In this document: piece by piece, positions 45,940-59,200 of the stretch | How positions within the stretch are numbered: the stretch's first letter is position 1 | How the letters are laid out: the number at the start of each line of letters is the position of its first letter | From: Camelus ferus | Lineage: Eukaryota | Direction: 5' to 3' | Assembly (NCBI RefSeq): GCF_009834535.1 | Contig: NC_045714.1 | Location: forward strand, 33,914,001-33,978,000 | DNA: 64,000 nt | The notes under the pieces: model-generated | Seen by the model: the letters and a program-made list of their open reading frames with translations, nothing else | Database searches by the model: none | Told to the model about the DNA's origin: nothing | Position numbers and translations under genes: made by a program

Positions 45940-46700
45940 GAGGGAGAAAGGGACAGAGCCAGCAAGAGCGCAAACAGCAGTGAGAACCATGTTTGGTATC
46001 TGCCTCTGTCTGGTCTTCTCCACCTCAGTTCCGCTCAGGTTCCACTCAGGCAGATGCTCAGGCAAAATACCTTCATGTCTTCCTTGAGCCCTCTCTTTCT
46101 CTGCCTCCCCCTCACGGTCCTGCCAGCCAATCCTCTTGGTTCTACCTTCAAAATAGACCTGGAATCTGACCACTGCTTACCACCTCTACCACCCTCTGGT
46201 CCCACCCAGCTCCATCTCTCACCAGGACTAGTGCACCCATCTCCTCACTGGTTTCCTGTCTCCTCATTGGACTTCCCGTCTAGTCTCTCCTTCAGTCAAA
46301 ACCCCCAATAGCCTTGTGTCTCATCTCTTGGAATAAACCCCAAAGTTGTCAATGTGGCTTATAAGGCTGCTTGTGATCTTGCCCACTACCCCCTCTCTGA
46401 CCTTGCCTACCCCTTCTCCCCTGGCTCACTCCACTCCAGCCATACTTGTCTTCTTCATATTCCAAGAATATGTTGAGCAGGCACCCACCTCAGGGCCTTT
46501 GCACTTACTGCTCCATGTGCCCAGAAACTTCTCTCCCCAGTTGACTTGCTCCAACACTGTCTCTTCTTTTGTGTCTCTGCTCAGATGTCCCCTTCTGGGA
46601 GAAGCCTGTCCTGACCACTCTTTCTAAAAGTGTCCTGTCATTTCTTAACCCCCAACCCACTTTGTCTTGATAGCATATAAATATAGTATACTCTTTGGTT
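45940..46700 (+). mobile_element. LINE-2 fragment
   Basis: CTACCTTCAAAATAGACCTGGAATCTGACCACT...CACCTCAGGGCCTTTGCACT...CTGCTCAGATGTCCCCTTCT. Confidence 0.7.
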
Positions 46701-48561
46701 GCCGTGGCTTCCCCGTCTCCATTTGAGCTCCACGCGGGTCTCTGTGTTTGCTCTCCAGCACCTGGGGCTGTGCCTGCCTGGAGCAGGGGCTCCGCACCCA
46801 GCTGCTGACTGAGTGAAAGGAGTCAGGCAGGGGGCAGCTCTGTCCACAACATGCTGGAAGCTCAACCGAGGCATGTAGGTTCCTCTGCTCTGATGGCCCT
46901 GCCTGGCCTGGGTTTCCTCGAGAAACAGATGTCCTCCTTGAACTTGGGTTTCCTTCCCAGACTCGAGGACTCCAGCTGACCTCATTCCTGTTCCCGAGAG
47001 GAAGTATCTTTCCCTGGGCAGGAACTGGCCTGGCTCTCAGGGGAAGCCGAAGTCACACACACCACTTTCTCTGCTCCCAGCTTCGGGTGAGGTGGCTCCT
47101 CGGCCTCTAGGCAGCAGGTGGCCCTGTGCTGCCGCTGCCACTGGGGCAAGGATGACGGTGGGATGGAGCCCCCCTCGGAGCTCGTTGCCAGAGCCCTTTG
47201 GCCTCTTACCTCTGGGGAGACTCACAGCCATGCTGTGCGAAGACTGGGCTTGGATGGCAGCCTGGCCTGGCTGGAGTTTGCTCCACTTAGGCCTACCCAT
47301 TTGTACAGATGGGCAAACAGAGGCTCCAGGGTGACACATTGGGCCAGTGGCAAGCAAGGTGATAAGCTCAGATCCTTTACTCAACATGTCATCTTTATCC
47401 CTAATCCACCCTCCTCCTGGACCAGAAAGAAAATAGTAACAGTCCCCGCTGGATGGATAAGAGGCCGAGGTGCAGATAGGGAAGGGGAGTAGCCCAAAGT
47501 CTCCCCGCCTAGAAGACTGAGCGGCCACATTAGAAGGTATTAGTCTGTTTGTTCGCCTAGTATTTCTTCTCTCCCGTTTCAAGCAAATACCGGGGCTTAG
47601 TAAACAGGTGTTTACTAGGGATTTGGCAGAAGGATGCCCGGAGTGAGGCCCTCTTGGTTTTTGTAAACTCTGAAATTGAAGAAATTGCCAGAGAAAAGTG
47701 GGAGAGACTCGGGGGAGGCAGCTGTGTTGGAGAAGCTGGAGGGTCCCAGATTGGGGGGTGCTGCCCTCCCCCCAGTGGGATGGGGATGGGCAAGGCCTGG
47801 GGCAGGCTTCATGTTAGCCCAGGAAGCCAGACCTAGGTTCTCAGGCCTCTGGCCTCACCACAGGCCCTGCTACCCCATGGGACTGCTCAGCCAGTGGGGC
47901 CCCCCCTTGGGGTGGGACAGTGTGTGCTGCCTGCGTTTAGTCAACAGATATTTCTTGAGTACCTACTATGGGCCAGGGGCCGTGCTGGGTGCTGGAGGCA
48001 TTCACATTCCAGTGGGAGAGGTGGAAAAGTGAATGTATGGGTTATGACATACACGGCATGCCACGTAGGTGGTGACAACTGCTGAGAGAAAGGAAGCAGG
48101 TGGAGGGACGCACATTAATGGTGGCCAGGTCCAGGGGGCAGGAGGGGGCTGCTGTTCTATGTAGGGTGGCAGTGAGGGTCTTGCTCAGGGAATGGAGTTT
48201 CCAGAAGGATGTGAGAGGGAGAGCCTCAGAATGAAAGGAACAGCCAGTGCAAAGTCCCTGGGGTGGCATGGTCAAGGACATCGGGCAGCCCGAGGCAAGA
48301 GCAGAGGGAGTGAGGGGGTGGGGGAGACACACTGGAGAGGAAGCAGGGCTCGGCCCTCGCGCTTCGCAGGCTGAGGCAAGGCCTGCAGTGTTTACTTGGA
48401 GCAACAGGGAAAGCAGTGTAGACGGATTCCTGGAAACCACCTCAGACTTCCTGGGACTCTCTAAGACTCGGGAACTGATCAAGTTCTGGAGAGGAGGGGG
48501 CCCCCAGAATGCCCAAGGGTGAGCTTACTTCCCAACATCCCAATGGAACAGGATCACAGAC

Positions 48562-48698
48562 CAGGGCTTCCCAAACTTCAACCTAGTTTAGTGTAGATTC
48601 TGACTCAGCAGGTCCCAGTGGGGCCTGAGATTCTGCATTCTTAACAAACTCCAGGTGAAGCCGAAGGTGCTGGTCCACAGACCTCACTTCTGGGAGCA
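48562..48698 (-). mobile_element. MER5-type DNA transposon fragment
   Basis: GATTCTGACTCAGCAGGTC...GGGGCCTGAGATTCTGCATTCTTAACAAACTCCAGGTGA...TGCTGGTCCACAGACC. Confidence 0.7.
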
Positions 48699-49183
48699 CG
48701 TGCCCAGCTATGCATGTGGTTGGGGAATCCTATCTGCTGCTCATTTTCAAGCCTAAATCCTTGAGGTGTTCTCTGACACCTGCTGCAGCCCTCCCCCTCA
48801 GCCTGGGGGCAACTGTGGCCCAAGAGAACCAAAGGATCTTCCCCGCCCGCCCCGCCCCATGCAAGCCCCACCTCTTCCCTGGATGACAAGGGAGTTTGGG
48901 AAGAGGGGGCGGGGAGCCATGGGCTCCAGGGCCAGCCTGCTTGGGTCCAAATTCCAGCCCGGCTGGGCACGGGTGGCGTGACTTCAGGGAAGAGACTTTG
49001 CCTCCCTGTGTTCAGTTTCTCATCTATCAGAAGGTAAAAACAGCCTTTCTCCAGGGTTATTTTGAAGATTTAAAGAAATAATACATATCACATATCACCT
49101 CCTGTCTGGCACACAGGAGGTAGTCAGTATGTGTTATATCATTCTCTCCACATCTACCTGTTCTTTAGGGCGTCTGTGTACTA

Positions 49184-49305
49184 TTTTGGGGGGGAGGCAA
49201 TTAGGTTTATCTATTTGTTTATTTTTAATGGAGGTACTGGGGATTGAACCCAGGACCTTGTGTATGCTAAGCATGCGCTCTACCACTGAGCTACACCCTC
49301 CCCCC
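49184..49305 (-). mobile_element. tRNA-derived SINE (Vic-1 type) with diverged TSD
   Basis: Reverse complement GGGGGAGGGTGTAGCTCAGTGGTAGAGCGCATGCTTAGCATACACAAGGTCCTGGGTTCAATCCCCAGTACCTCC. Flanks TAGGGCGTCTGTGTA and TAAGATGTCTATGTA. Confidence 0.88.
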
Positions 49306-49939
49306 TAAGATGTCTATGTATTTTCATCTTACTATTTCAAGTTTTTCTATTTTCATGTCTCTTCCATAAAGTGTATATTAGTCTAACAGTATATAGTACA
49401 TTTATAAATAAATACATGTACATTGGGGTACATGTACATTTTACTGATAGGGAATATGATTTAAAATTTTTTGAAGACCACTCTTTTAAAGCCCAGTGGA
49501 GCTGACAGAAATAGGCAATTTGAGCTGGAAGAAATGTTAAAGGCCTTCAGTTCCCCCTGCACTCCCTTTCTCACCTGATGCACAGTCTTCTATGTGATGC
49601 TAGGTTGCCTCTAGCAATGGGGAGCTCACTACCTTTCTGGGTAATCCATTTCGTACAGCTCTGGGAATAGTTTCAATGCCTGCATGTGTTTCAGCTGCTC
49701 TGAGTTCCCACAGCCTAACTTAACAGCTCCCTCCCTCTCCACGTGTCATAGCTCTGGGGTCTCCCAAGGGCACAAAGCCAGGCTGTCTGCATAGTAGGGC
49801 TTCAGTAATGTCCCATGAATGAGTGGAAGTGGCAGAGGGATGAGAGGGGGATGGGGAGGGTGACTTTCCTGCCACCCCCCACTAGGAGAGCACACTAACA
49901 ACTCAGTGCTGTATCCCCCGGAGGGGGGGTGTGTCCATC

Positions 49940-50310
49940 TATGCAGTCTGCATCTGTTTGGATTTGTTTGCATGTGTTTTTCTGTACATGTGTGTATATG
50001 TGAGTGTCACTGGGTTATGCTGTGTAGCCACATCTCTATGGATGTGTGTGTGTGTGCTGCACTGCAAAAATCCATGTGTGCTGTGCGTGCCTTTCTCTCA
50101 GTCTTTGCGTGTCTGTGTGTTCGGGGTTTAACACTGTGGGGTTGTGTGTCTGCCTCTGGTTTGTTTGCATGTGTGTGTGCTGCACACTTGTGAGTGTGTG
50201 CTGTCTGCAGATGTCCACATGTGGTGTGCTTGTCTCTCTTTGTGTCTCTGTGTGCCTGGGGCCTTTCTTTGTGTGTTTTGCTGTATGTGTGTCTGCATGA
50301 GTGTGTCTCC
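49940..50310. repeat. Degenerate (TG)-rich low-complexity tract
   Basis: Repeated TGTGTGTG/TGTCTG/TTTGCATGTGT words. Confidence 0.75.
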
Positions 50311-53300
50311 CCGCCCCTGCTCTGTCCTTTCGGGGAGCAGGTGACTCTCCGCAGCCTGGTCGACTTAAGGCGGTCTGACTGGCAGGCAGCAAGGGTTCCA
50401 CACCCCTCCTCTCCTGCTCGGCTGCACTAATCACTGGGTTATATGCAGATGGCAAATGTGTGGCTGCCAGGCTTGGAGGAGGGACTGTGGAGGGGTATGC
50501 AGATGAGCAGACACCGAGGAGGAGTGAGAAGACAATTTAAAGGCAGAAAGGGAAAAACAAGCCTGATTGGCTTTGGAGTTAGGGTCCGGGTTCTCTCTAG
50601 GAGCACGATTTTTATTAAGAGGACATGATGGTTAATGTTTTCCTTCCCAAAATCAAGCTAGAGTCTTAGAATCACAGGATCCTCGAATCCTAGAATTTTA
50701 TATCTATAGAGTTCTAGAACCTCAACCTCATGCAACTCTAGACTCTTAGAAACATATTCAAGAACTCTAACCCCCCTGGGATCTCAGCATCTTCAATTGT
50801 AGTTCTTGTCACCCTCTCCCTTCTCTTGCCCTTCTTTGTATGGAATCATGGTCAGGGAATGACCTTGAAAGTTCATCCCATCCACCCTCCAGCTTAGGCA
50901 GGGCAGTGGAGAGGGAGGCCCAGTCAGCTGGGACATTCTTGGGACGGTTGAACTGGAATCTTCCCTTGGCAAGAACTTGTCTCCTGAATGGTCTGGGCTC
51001 ATATTACCCCTCCACCTTCCGCAAGCACAGAGACAAAGGCGCCTGTGTTCGCAGGATATGTTTTCAGCCGTTCAGGAGTTGGTGTAACAGGCTGCAGGTG
51101 TGAGGGGAGCCAAGGGACAGGGCTCCTCTGCTAGCCTCTGCAGTGGAAGCTCAGTAACCCAGCCCAGAGTGGAGTAGGCGGCCAACCAGGCATCCATCCT
51201 TCCCAGAATGTCCACTGGGGTATCTCCGTCCTCTGCATTGCTTCTCAAGATGGCAGCTTAAAAGGCCAGACTATGTCCTTTCCCAGGGACCCTGGGAGCC
51301 ATGGATGGTCCCTGAGGGAGGTCACTCCACTGTACTTTGAACTCATTCAAACTCTTCAGCACAGCAGCTTTTCAGGCCCCAACTACTAGATGTCCCATTT
51401 CTCCCCACCACAGGTGTCGAGCCACACTGAACTCCCTACTCACTTTGAATCTACTTTACTTCTTCATGCCTCCAAATATTTGCATGGACTTGTTCCTCTC
51501 TGCCATCTCTTCATGGTGCATGCAGACTCATTCGCCCATGGAATGCAAGCCCCCACTCAATTATATGTGCCATGAAGGAGAAAGTTTGTCTTATTCAATA
51601 CTTTATTTCCCAGAATCTACAACGTTTGGCATATGGTATGTATGCAACAGATGTTTGTTGAATGACTAACTGATTGAATATATTCTTCACAGTTTCCCCT
51701 CTGAACCCTCTATTCCTCAACCCCTTACAGGTGTTTCTCTGGGGTCCCGAACTTACCACCTGAGGCTGTTAGTCTTTGCTACATGGTCTGTCTTCTTTAC
51801 CAGACCAGGAACCCCTTGAAGCTGAAACCATGTCTGGTCAATCTTTACCTGCAGCGTCCATTTCAGAGCCTGGCACCCAGCAGGTGCCCAGTAAACACAG
51901 GGCAGTTGCCAGCAGCCAGGCTTGGTGACTCACAATTCCCTTTTGGTCCCAACTGTGAGCGCTGGTCCAAGCTGTTGGCAACATCTGCTTCAAAGTCTCA
52001 TTTGCAATTATACGTTCCTAGGCTCTCGCCACTTAATATTTAATAACCAGGTGGCTGGCCTTCTCTGGCAGCCACTTAAGCCCCTGATTGCCTCTTGTCT
52101 GAACTTGGCCCTGAGTGAGGCAGGGACTGCTCTGGGGTTAAGTGTAAAGCCCGTATCCTGAGTCTGGGGCCAGCACGAGGCTATAGCCGCAGGGACAGGA
52201 GGAAGGAATGCCCACTGGCTTGAGGCTCCTGGATGACCTTACCAGGCAAGGCAGGGTGGGCATCGGCTCTAGCTGGCTCCACCTCTCCTGCCCACCATGT
52301 AAGGCTGTGCCTGCTCATGCCCTCGTGGGCTGGGGAGGAGGAGAGAGGAAAATGTCAGTGGGGACCTTCTCTGACTCACATCCGAGCCAGGCGAGAAGGA
52401 AGAAAGGGAGATTCCACTCGGACTGTGTCCCAGCAGGAAAGGTGGATCTATCCTGTGTGGCTCCACCCCCAGGAGCCAGGGTCAGTCCACACTGGGGCTG
52501 ATGCTTAGTGGATGTTGGCATCCAGGCCAGCCTTTCCTGGCATAGGGCTGGGGAGTCCTTCCAAGTGGGCTGTGGAAGGAGATGAGGCAATGGTAATGAC
52601 TTGACCCTTAGGTTTGCCTGAGCAGCTGCCCAGCCCTGGGAAATCCTGCAGACCATGAGGCTGGGCCCACTCTGCAGGCCACCTCTACAGGGTAGCTGGG
52701 GTGAGAGGCCCAAGAGTAGAGATGAGAAGGTTCTGGAAGAAGCAACAGCTAACACAAAGGCTCTGAGGTTGGGCTGCTGGCACCGCCGAAGCCCCAGGGT
52801 CCAGAGAAGGGTCAGGAAATGGATTTCAGAACCAGTTTCTCTGCAGATGCAGGGGGAGGTGCTGCTGGAATTCTTGCCTGGGAATTGTCAACTTTTTAGA
52901 TCCCAGAGGGGATTTTTCAGGGTCAGGAGACTTGGTTTCCGGGTCTCACGCTGCCCCTACCAAGCCCAGTGACCTTGGGCGAGGCCCTTCCTAGTGCTTG
53001 TGCTGCTGCTTCTGGCCTGGCCCCTGCCAGGGCGGAGAGGCCTCCTGCTCCCCTAGGAGGTCCTCTGACCAACCCAAGATGCTGAGATCAGAAACTTCAC
53101 CAGCATAGTCAGCAGGGCAGGTCCCGGGGGCAGGTTGGGCTGGGTGCCGAACGTTCCGCTTTTTGATGGGCAGTATTTATCAAGCACTTACTACATGCAT
53201 GGTGTCATGCTAAGAAAACCCTTTAACTTCATACATAATCTCATTCCATCCCCGTCACCCCTGGCCCCTCTCTCCCTCACCTCCTTATCCATTTGCAAAT

Positions 53301-55789
53301 CTGTTGACCTTTAAAACCTAATTCCAGCCCACGTGCCTCTTTCCACCTCCCCCAGTACTACCCTCACTGCCCGCCATCTGCTCACACCCAGACGCTGTAC
53401 CAGCCTCCTCTCAGCTCTCCCGTTCTGCCGTGGCCCCAGCAATCCATCCCCAACCAGTCTCCGGGAGGCCTTTGAGCAATCTAAATCGGATCACGTCCCT
53501 CCCCTGCTTTTGAACCTCCAGGGGTTGCCATCCATGGTGCTTAAAATCAAGCCCAAATCCTACAGCCAGCACTGCTTGATATGCCCTGTCCCTCTGTCTT
53601 CTCCATCCTGAGGTGGTACCGTCCTCACTGCCCACGCTGCTCCAGCCACACTGGCCTCCTTCCTGTCAAGTCAACCCAGGGTTTCTGTGCTTGCTGTTCC
53701 CTCTTCCTGAGACCTGCCCAGGAATACTGGTGCGGTGAGGCCAGGGATGTGTGTCTTGATTCTGCCTCCAGCAAAAGGTCTCCTGCCTTGAGGCTGGGGA
53801 CTGAGGGCTTCACTCTGACCCCTCTGCCCAAAGGCCACTCCCTGCAGCTCCTGTCAAGGCTGCCAAGCCCCCTAGAAGCCCCTGGTCTGATCACTGATCA
53901 GTGATCTCGGCTCCTGCCCACCCTGTGGGTTTCCAACACTCCATTCTCTCTGCCGCAGTCGTTGCTACACGAGTTAATGGAATAACAAGACACTTTACCC
54001 ATTATCTGATGCAAATACCTTTTGTTGCCAGCGCCAGCTCCACTGCTCAGCTCTCCCTGAGACCTACCTATGGGCCTCCCGCTCTAGGCTCCAGCCCAGT
54101 CCAGGCCAGGGGGGACCCCCTAAAAGCCCCTGCTCAGGTCGAGGAAGGAGGATGGGAAGGACTGATCCTCCTTCTTGATACTGTGCAGTGAGCCCACTGT
54201 GTGCTGGCCTTTTGCATATTTAATCTTTACATGATTGCATGCGGTTCTACCCCACATTGTTCAGACTTGGAGGTGAAAGTCCGTGTTGCCTTCAAATGGG
54301 TGTCCAGTTAAGGTCTGGACACATGCTCCACAACTTGACCCCACCCCCATTCATTCCCTAGGGCTTTGTCTGCGTGATCGTTTTAGAATTTTTTCTCTAT
54401 TAGTTACATATTAGCATCTCTACAAACGGATGAAGATGAGAAGGAAACTTGCTCATTGTTGGTTAGTGGGACTGTGTGCCCTGGCCAGGGAGCCCAAGCA
54501 GGTGGACTTGTGAGGGTGGGGGTGCGGAGGGGGTAGGAGAGCTCCCAAAGCTTGCTCCCTCGGAAGCTTCCTTCCTGTAACCCCACACTGCCAAAACTCA
54601 CCAGTCTAGTTCACATTTAGTGCCTCAAGCAGGTATAAGGCACCTGGAAGTTCACCAGAAGAGAACAGGACAGACATCTCTCCAGATAATTGTGTGAGCT
54701 TCAGAGGACAGACAGCAGGACACAGTGATGCCTCCCCCTCCCACCCATTATCTCCTTGCCGACCACCCCCCTCCCCCTTAGAGGATGCAGGGAGGAGAGA
54801 AAGGGTGTGAGGTCTGCAGGAGAGAGGTTTGATCTGGGCAGGACACCCAGGTAGGGGCAGGCTGGGAGGCTAGGACTTGAGGACCTTCCCCATTCACTTC
54901 ACTTCTCAGTGGGTGATCTCACCCACCCGCAGCCTTGAAGCTCCACCCACCCTGACTCCCACCCAGCCACGCCCACCTTCTGCCTGGTCGCACTCCCAGA
55001 TGCCCCACAGAGCCTCAGACTCAAAGCGCCTGTAAAGGAACTCACCGTCTCCCACACCTGCTCCTCTCCCGGCTGCCTCTGTCCTCCCAGTTTCCAGAAT
55101 GTTCACTCACCCTTTGCCTGCCTCTTTCCCTCTCCATAGCCACCCGGCCCCAGTCCTGCCCCGTCTGTCTCAGAAATGTTTCTCTTGTCAGTCTGTCTGC
55201 CCCATTCTCACTGCTGCTGCCCCAAGTCAGCCCCATCTGCCCCCTGAGCCAGGGGCCTCCCTGCCTCTAGTGTCTCTGACTTCAATCCAGCCTCTCTGCA
55301 CCATAGGCAAGGCTTCCGGATTCAAGGCTGCATCTTCTACCCTTTTGGGGCATCTTAGCTCTCCTCAGGGTGCAGTCCAAGTCCTTAGCCAGGAGTTCTG
55401 GGCCTTCCAAAGACACCAAGTGCTCCCCTAGCACCATGTAGCTGTCACATGGCCTTTTTCCAAATATGCCCCCTGGTCTGTGTAAGAGCACCATTCTCAT
55501 CACATCTGCCTGGCAAACCCCTGCTCATGTCTCTGAGCCCAGCTCTCTAGGACCTCATCTACGGAGACTTCTAAACAAGCTACCCTTCTGGGTTGGGGTA
55601 CATTTCCGGTGCTTCCCCCGCCCATGCACGCCCCTCCCTTTGTGAACGACCCTATGAAGTTGGCGGCCTGTGCGTGCTTCTCCCTTGCCCCCCAGACCTG
55701 GGCTCCAGGATGAGGCTGTGGGTGGGGGGCTGAGCAATTGGAGATGGGACCCTAGATTTAGCTTAGACTATGAAGGCGGGCTCTGGGGC

Positions 55790-56010
55790 CCCCAACTCCG
55801 TGGATCTGGGTTCAAATCCTGGCTCTGCCACTTTCCAGCTGTGCAACCTTGTACAAGGGAACTTAAGCTCTCTTGGCTTTTTCATCTGTAAAATGGGCAA
55901 AATAATCATATTACCTCCTCTGTGAGGTTGTTTTGAGGATGAAATGAGAAGGAAGCACTTTGAAAAGCACCTGGCACATAGTAACTGCTCAGTAAATAGT
56001 AATTCTTATT
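55790..56010 (+). mobile_element. MIR, near full length
   Basis: CTGGGTTCAAATCCTGGCTCTGCCACT...CATCTGTAAAATGGG...GAGGTTGTTTTGAGGATGAAATGAG...CCTGGCACATAGTAACTGCTCAGTAAAT. Confidence 0.85.
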
Positions 56011-56103
56011 GTCACCTCCAGATCCTGCAAAGGCAGCTCTTCTGAAGGTCTATTCACCTAACAAATAAAGAGCTAGTTCTGCCAGCTCAGAATGATCTCC
56101 AAG

Positions 56104-56260
56104 CCAGTGGTTCTCAAACTCGGATGAGCATCAGAATCAGTGAGGATTGTATGTGAAGGCAGATTAGTCAGTCCAGCAGGTCAGTGGGGCGGGGGGGGCC
56201 TGGGAACGAGCTTTTTGAAAAGTTCCCCACATCCCATTATGATGCAGGTGGTGGGAGGCC
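56104..56260 (-). mobile_element. MER5-type DNA transposon fragment
   Basis: CCAGTGGTTCTCAAACT...GCATCAGAATCA...CAGCAGGTC...GATGCAGGTGG. Confidence 0.6.
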
Positions 56261-59200
56261 AGACTCAGGTGTGCTGCTCTGCAGGGCGATGAAGGAGGGC
56301 TTTGCCATGGACACATGACTTACCTGATCAACCTCTCCTCACCCCATCCACTGCCCTAGCAGGGAGGTTTGGGGTGTGGCTGAGCAAGTCAGAGCCCTGC
56401 CTCTCAAGCCAGGAGGCCTGAGTTCTAACTGGCTTCCTTCTTCTGGGCAAGTGGCTTCCTCTCACTGTGCTCCATTCCCCTCTCTGGGAAGTGGGGTTCC
56501 CAGTTCCCCTTGGTGAGGGTTGGATGCTTCTCCATCCCAAGATGCCCTGAGAAGGAGACACGGCGAGCGCTCAGCAAGCCAGGGTGGGTGTTACCTTCAC
56601 CCTGCAGCCATTTGTCTTCTCAGGCCAGCTCTTCCTGAGTGTTTTATTTTCTGGTGATGGATTCCAGCTCATGTCCGGGGCCTGCACCTGCATACAAATG
56701 CTAAGAGGACAGGCGGCCCCCGGGATCTGTCCTTGCCTGCTCTCCGCCAAGCACCAGGCTGTGAGTTCCTAGCAGGCCCGGAAGTCCCAGGATCTCTTGC
56801 GAGGCTGGGACCACCATGCCACGTCGTGGCCGGAAGCAGCCAGAATGCCAGCCCCTTTGAGAGTGAGTGTCCCTGTGAGAGAGTGGCCACTGTGAGGTCT
56901 TCAGGGAACTTGGGAGCTGCTGGGACAATCAGTTGCTGTTTGGGGCAGTGAGGTTGGCAGGGCCTTGCCCCTCGGCACCGAGCCTCTGCCAAGCCCCTGC
57001 CAAGCCTGGGTCTGGTTTTGCACTGCCTGCCAGTTCTAGGGCACTCAGGGAGGGGGCCCAGGGGGATTCATTGCCCCTCACCCGCAGAGTCTTAGTTGTG
57101 CTCAAGGAGTCCTGAGCAGGTTTGCAGAACAGCAGGCATGCTCTGTTGAGGCCCTGCTGTCTGCCAGGGGTCTGCACAGGCCACGGGGACGCACAAGGCC
57201 GTGTGCTTGGGTGGCCCTAGTCAAGCTGGGGAAACAACAGTGAACAAAAGAAAGTGTGTGTCCCTGTGCAGGCTGTGTTCTTGTGCAGGGAGATATAAAA
57301 GCTGGAGACAGTGCCAGGAAGAAAAATAAAGCAGCGTGAGAGGACGCAGGTGATGGTGCAGGGGCTATTCTTGCCAGAATGATAAGCGAGTGTCCCTCTG
57401 AAAACATGACATTTGAACAGACCCAAAGGGCGCCGTAGGGTGAAAGTGATGTGTAGATTTCTGGAGGAAGAGTGTTCAGGTGGAGGGAATGGCACGTGCA
57501 GAGGTGCTGAGCAGGGAGAGGACCTGGCATGTTTGAAACTGGAAGCCAGCAGTTGGATGCAGGGATGGAGAGGAGAGGGAAGACGATGAAGCCAGAAGGG
57601 TGAAATTCCTCACAACCCCCTGGGCAGTGGTCCCACCATCATCTCCATCTTACAAATGAGGAAACTGAGCTCAGAGAGGTTAGACGTTTTGCCTGAGGCC
57701 ACACAGCTGGTAAATGGAGACACCTGATTGGACACACATTCGTTTTGATGTTAGAGCCTCTTATCATCATGTTACAAAAATGCTCTATAAGGAAGTACAG
57801 GTGGTACCTCATGATCAGTGGGGCTTATTGGGTGCTGGTCATTTTCTCTTTCACATTCAGTGGGGCTGTGTGCTGGGCAGCCAGGAGTGGCGTCATCTCT
57901 GAGGACCTTCCTGGAGATCGAGGATCCTACAGGCCAGGGTTGTTAACCCTGCTCAGCACTCGCTAGTCATTGGGCTTTCCTGGGCCTTGGCTTCCTTATC
58001 TGTAAACTGAAGCTTTGGCAAGAGGTGGATGAGCTCAAGATGTGGTGGGTGATTAGAAAACATGGACCCTTCCCTCACCGTCCAGGGACCTGAAACCATG
58101 ATCCTCACATCCCACAGCAGCCTTCCCTGGGCGTGCGTTCAGGAGAATGCATCTCTCCCTGGGGATGCTGACGCAGGGGGCTGGAGGACCATGCTGTGGG
58201 TAAAATCTTATACAAATGGGAGACATCAGCAACCCCCTCCTGGCCCCTCCCAGGTCTCTCTCTGCTTTTCCTTTGTGGCATCCATCACACTTGTAATTAC
58301 TTGTTTGGCATCTGTCTGTTTCTCTGGGCTGCACGCTCTCTCTGCTGGCCTTGTTCATGGCTGGGTCCCCAGCACTGAGCAGCCTGCCTGGGGCATAATA
58401 AATGTTTGCTGGGAAAACAAACAGACACCCGACTGGCTGAGTGAAAGCACGGATGCTCTTTGGAGCAGCTGGACTCAGGGTCCCCCAAGGCCTAGGTTCT
58501 TCAGCCACACACTTCCTGTGTGATCTTGGGCAAGTCACAGCGTTCTCTGAAAAACTAGGTTGGTTAGTGAGGAGGGGTGGCGCACAGAAGACTTCTGGAG
58601 GAGCCTGTGGGAACAGATTCCAGGGAGAGGGAACGGCATAAGCAAAGGCAAGGAGGCTTTTTCAGAGGACAGCGGGAACAGTGCTCATCCGCACCATGGT
58701 GTGTGCGGGAGCGCAGTGTGTGCAGGAGTGTGGTGTGTGCCGGAGTGCCGTGTGCACTGTATGTGAGGTGCTAAGGCACAGAAGGGGAAAGTCCTGGCCT
58801 CGTGCTCTCAGTAGGTGGGTGGCAGGCAGTTCCCACCCGCTTGGGGACCAAGTCGAGGGGCTGATGTCATTCATGGAGTGGTGGGTAGGGAGGTGGGCAG
58901 CCTCTCTGGGGAACCTTTCAGGCCGGCACTGGGGACCTTGGAGCTGATGAGCCCAGACTTAAACCTGGAGGCCCGAGGAGTCCAGGGTGCCAGGGAGGCG
59001 GGGGTGGGGGCAGTGCACCCCCAGGGAAGGGCCCTGGCTGCGGTGTTGCGGATGGATTCATCGCACAGACCCCACACTCATTTCTCCTTCCCTTCCTCGC
59101 AGAGGAACTGTGGGGCAAGTGTTTCTCAACTGGGGTCATGGGGGTGTTTGGGCAGCTTAGCTCAGTGACTGGTGTGTGCGTGTGTGTTCGAGGGTGACTC

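Noticed and set aside
14100-49305. tRNA-like sequences at ~14.2, 15.1, 22.7 and 49.3 kb
   Set aside because: They have A-rich tails, TSDs in two cases and degenerate cloverleaves, so they are SINE heads, not tRNA genes.
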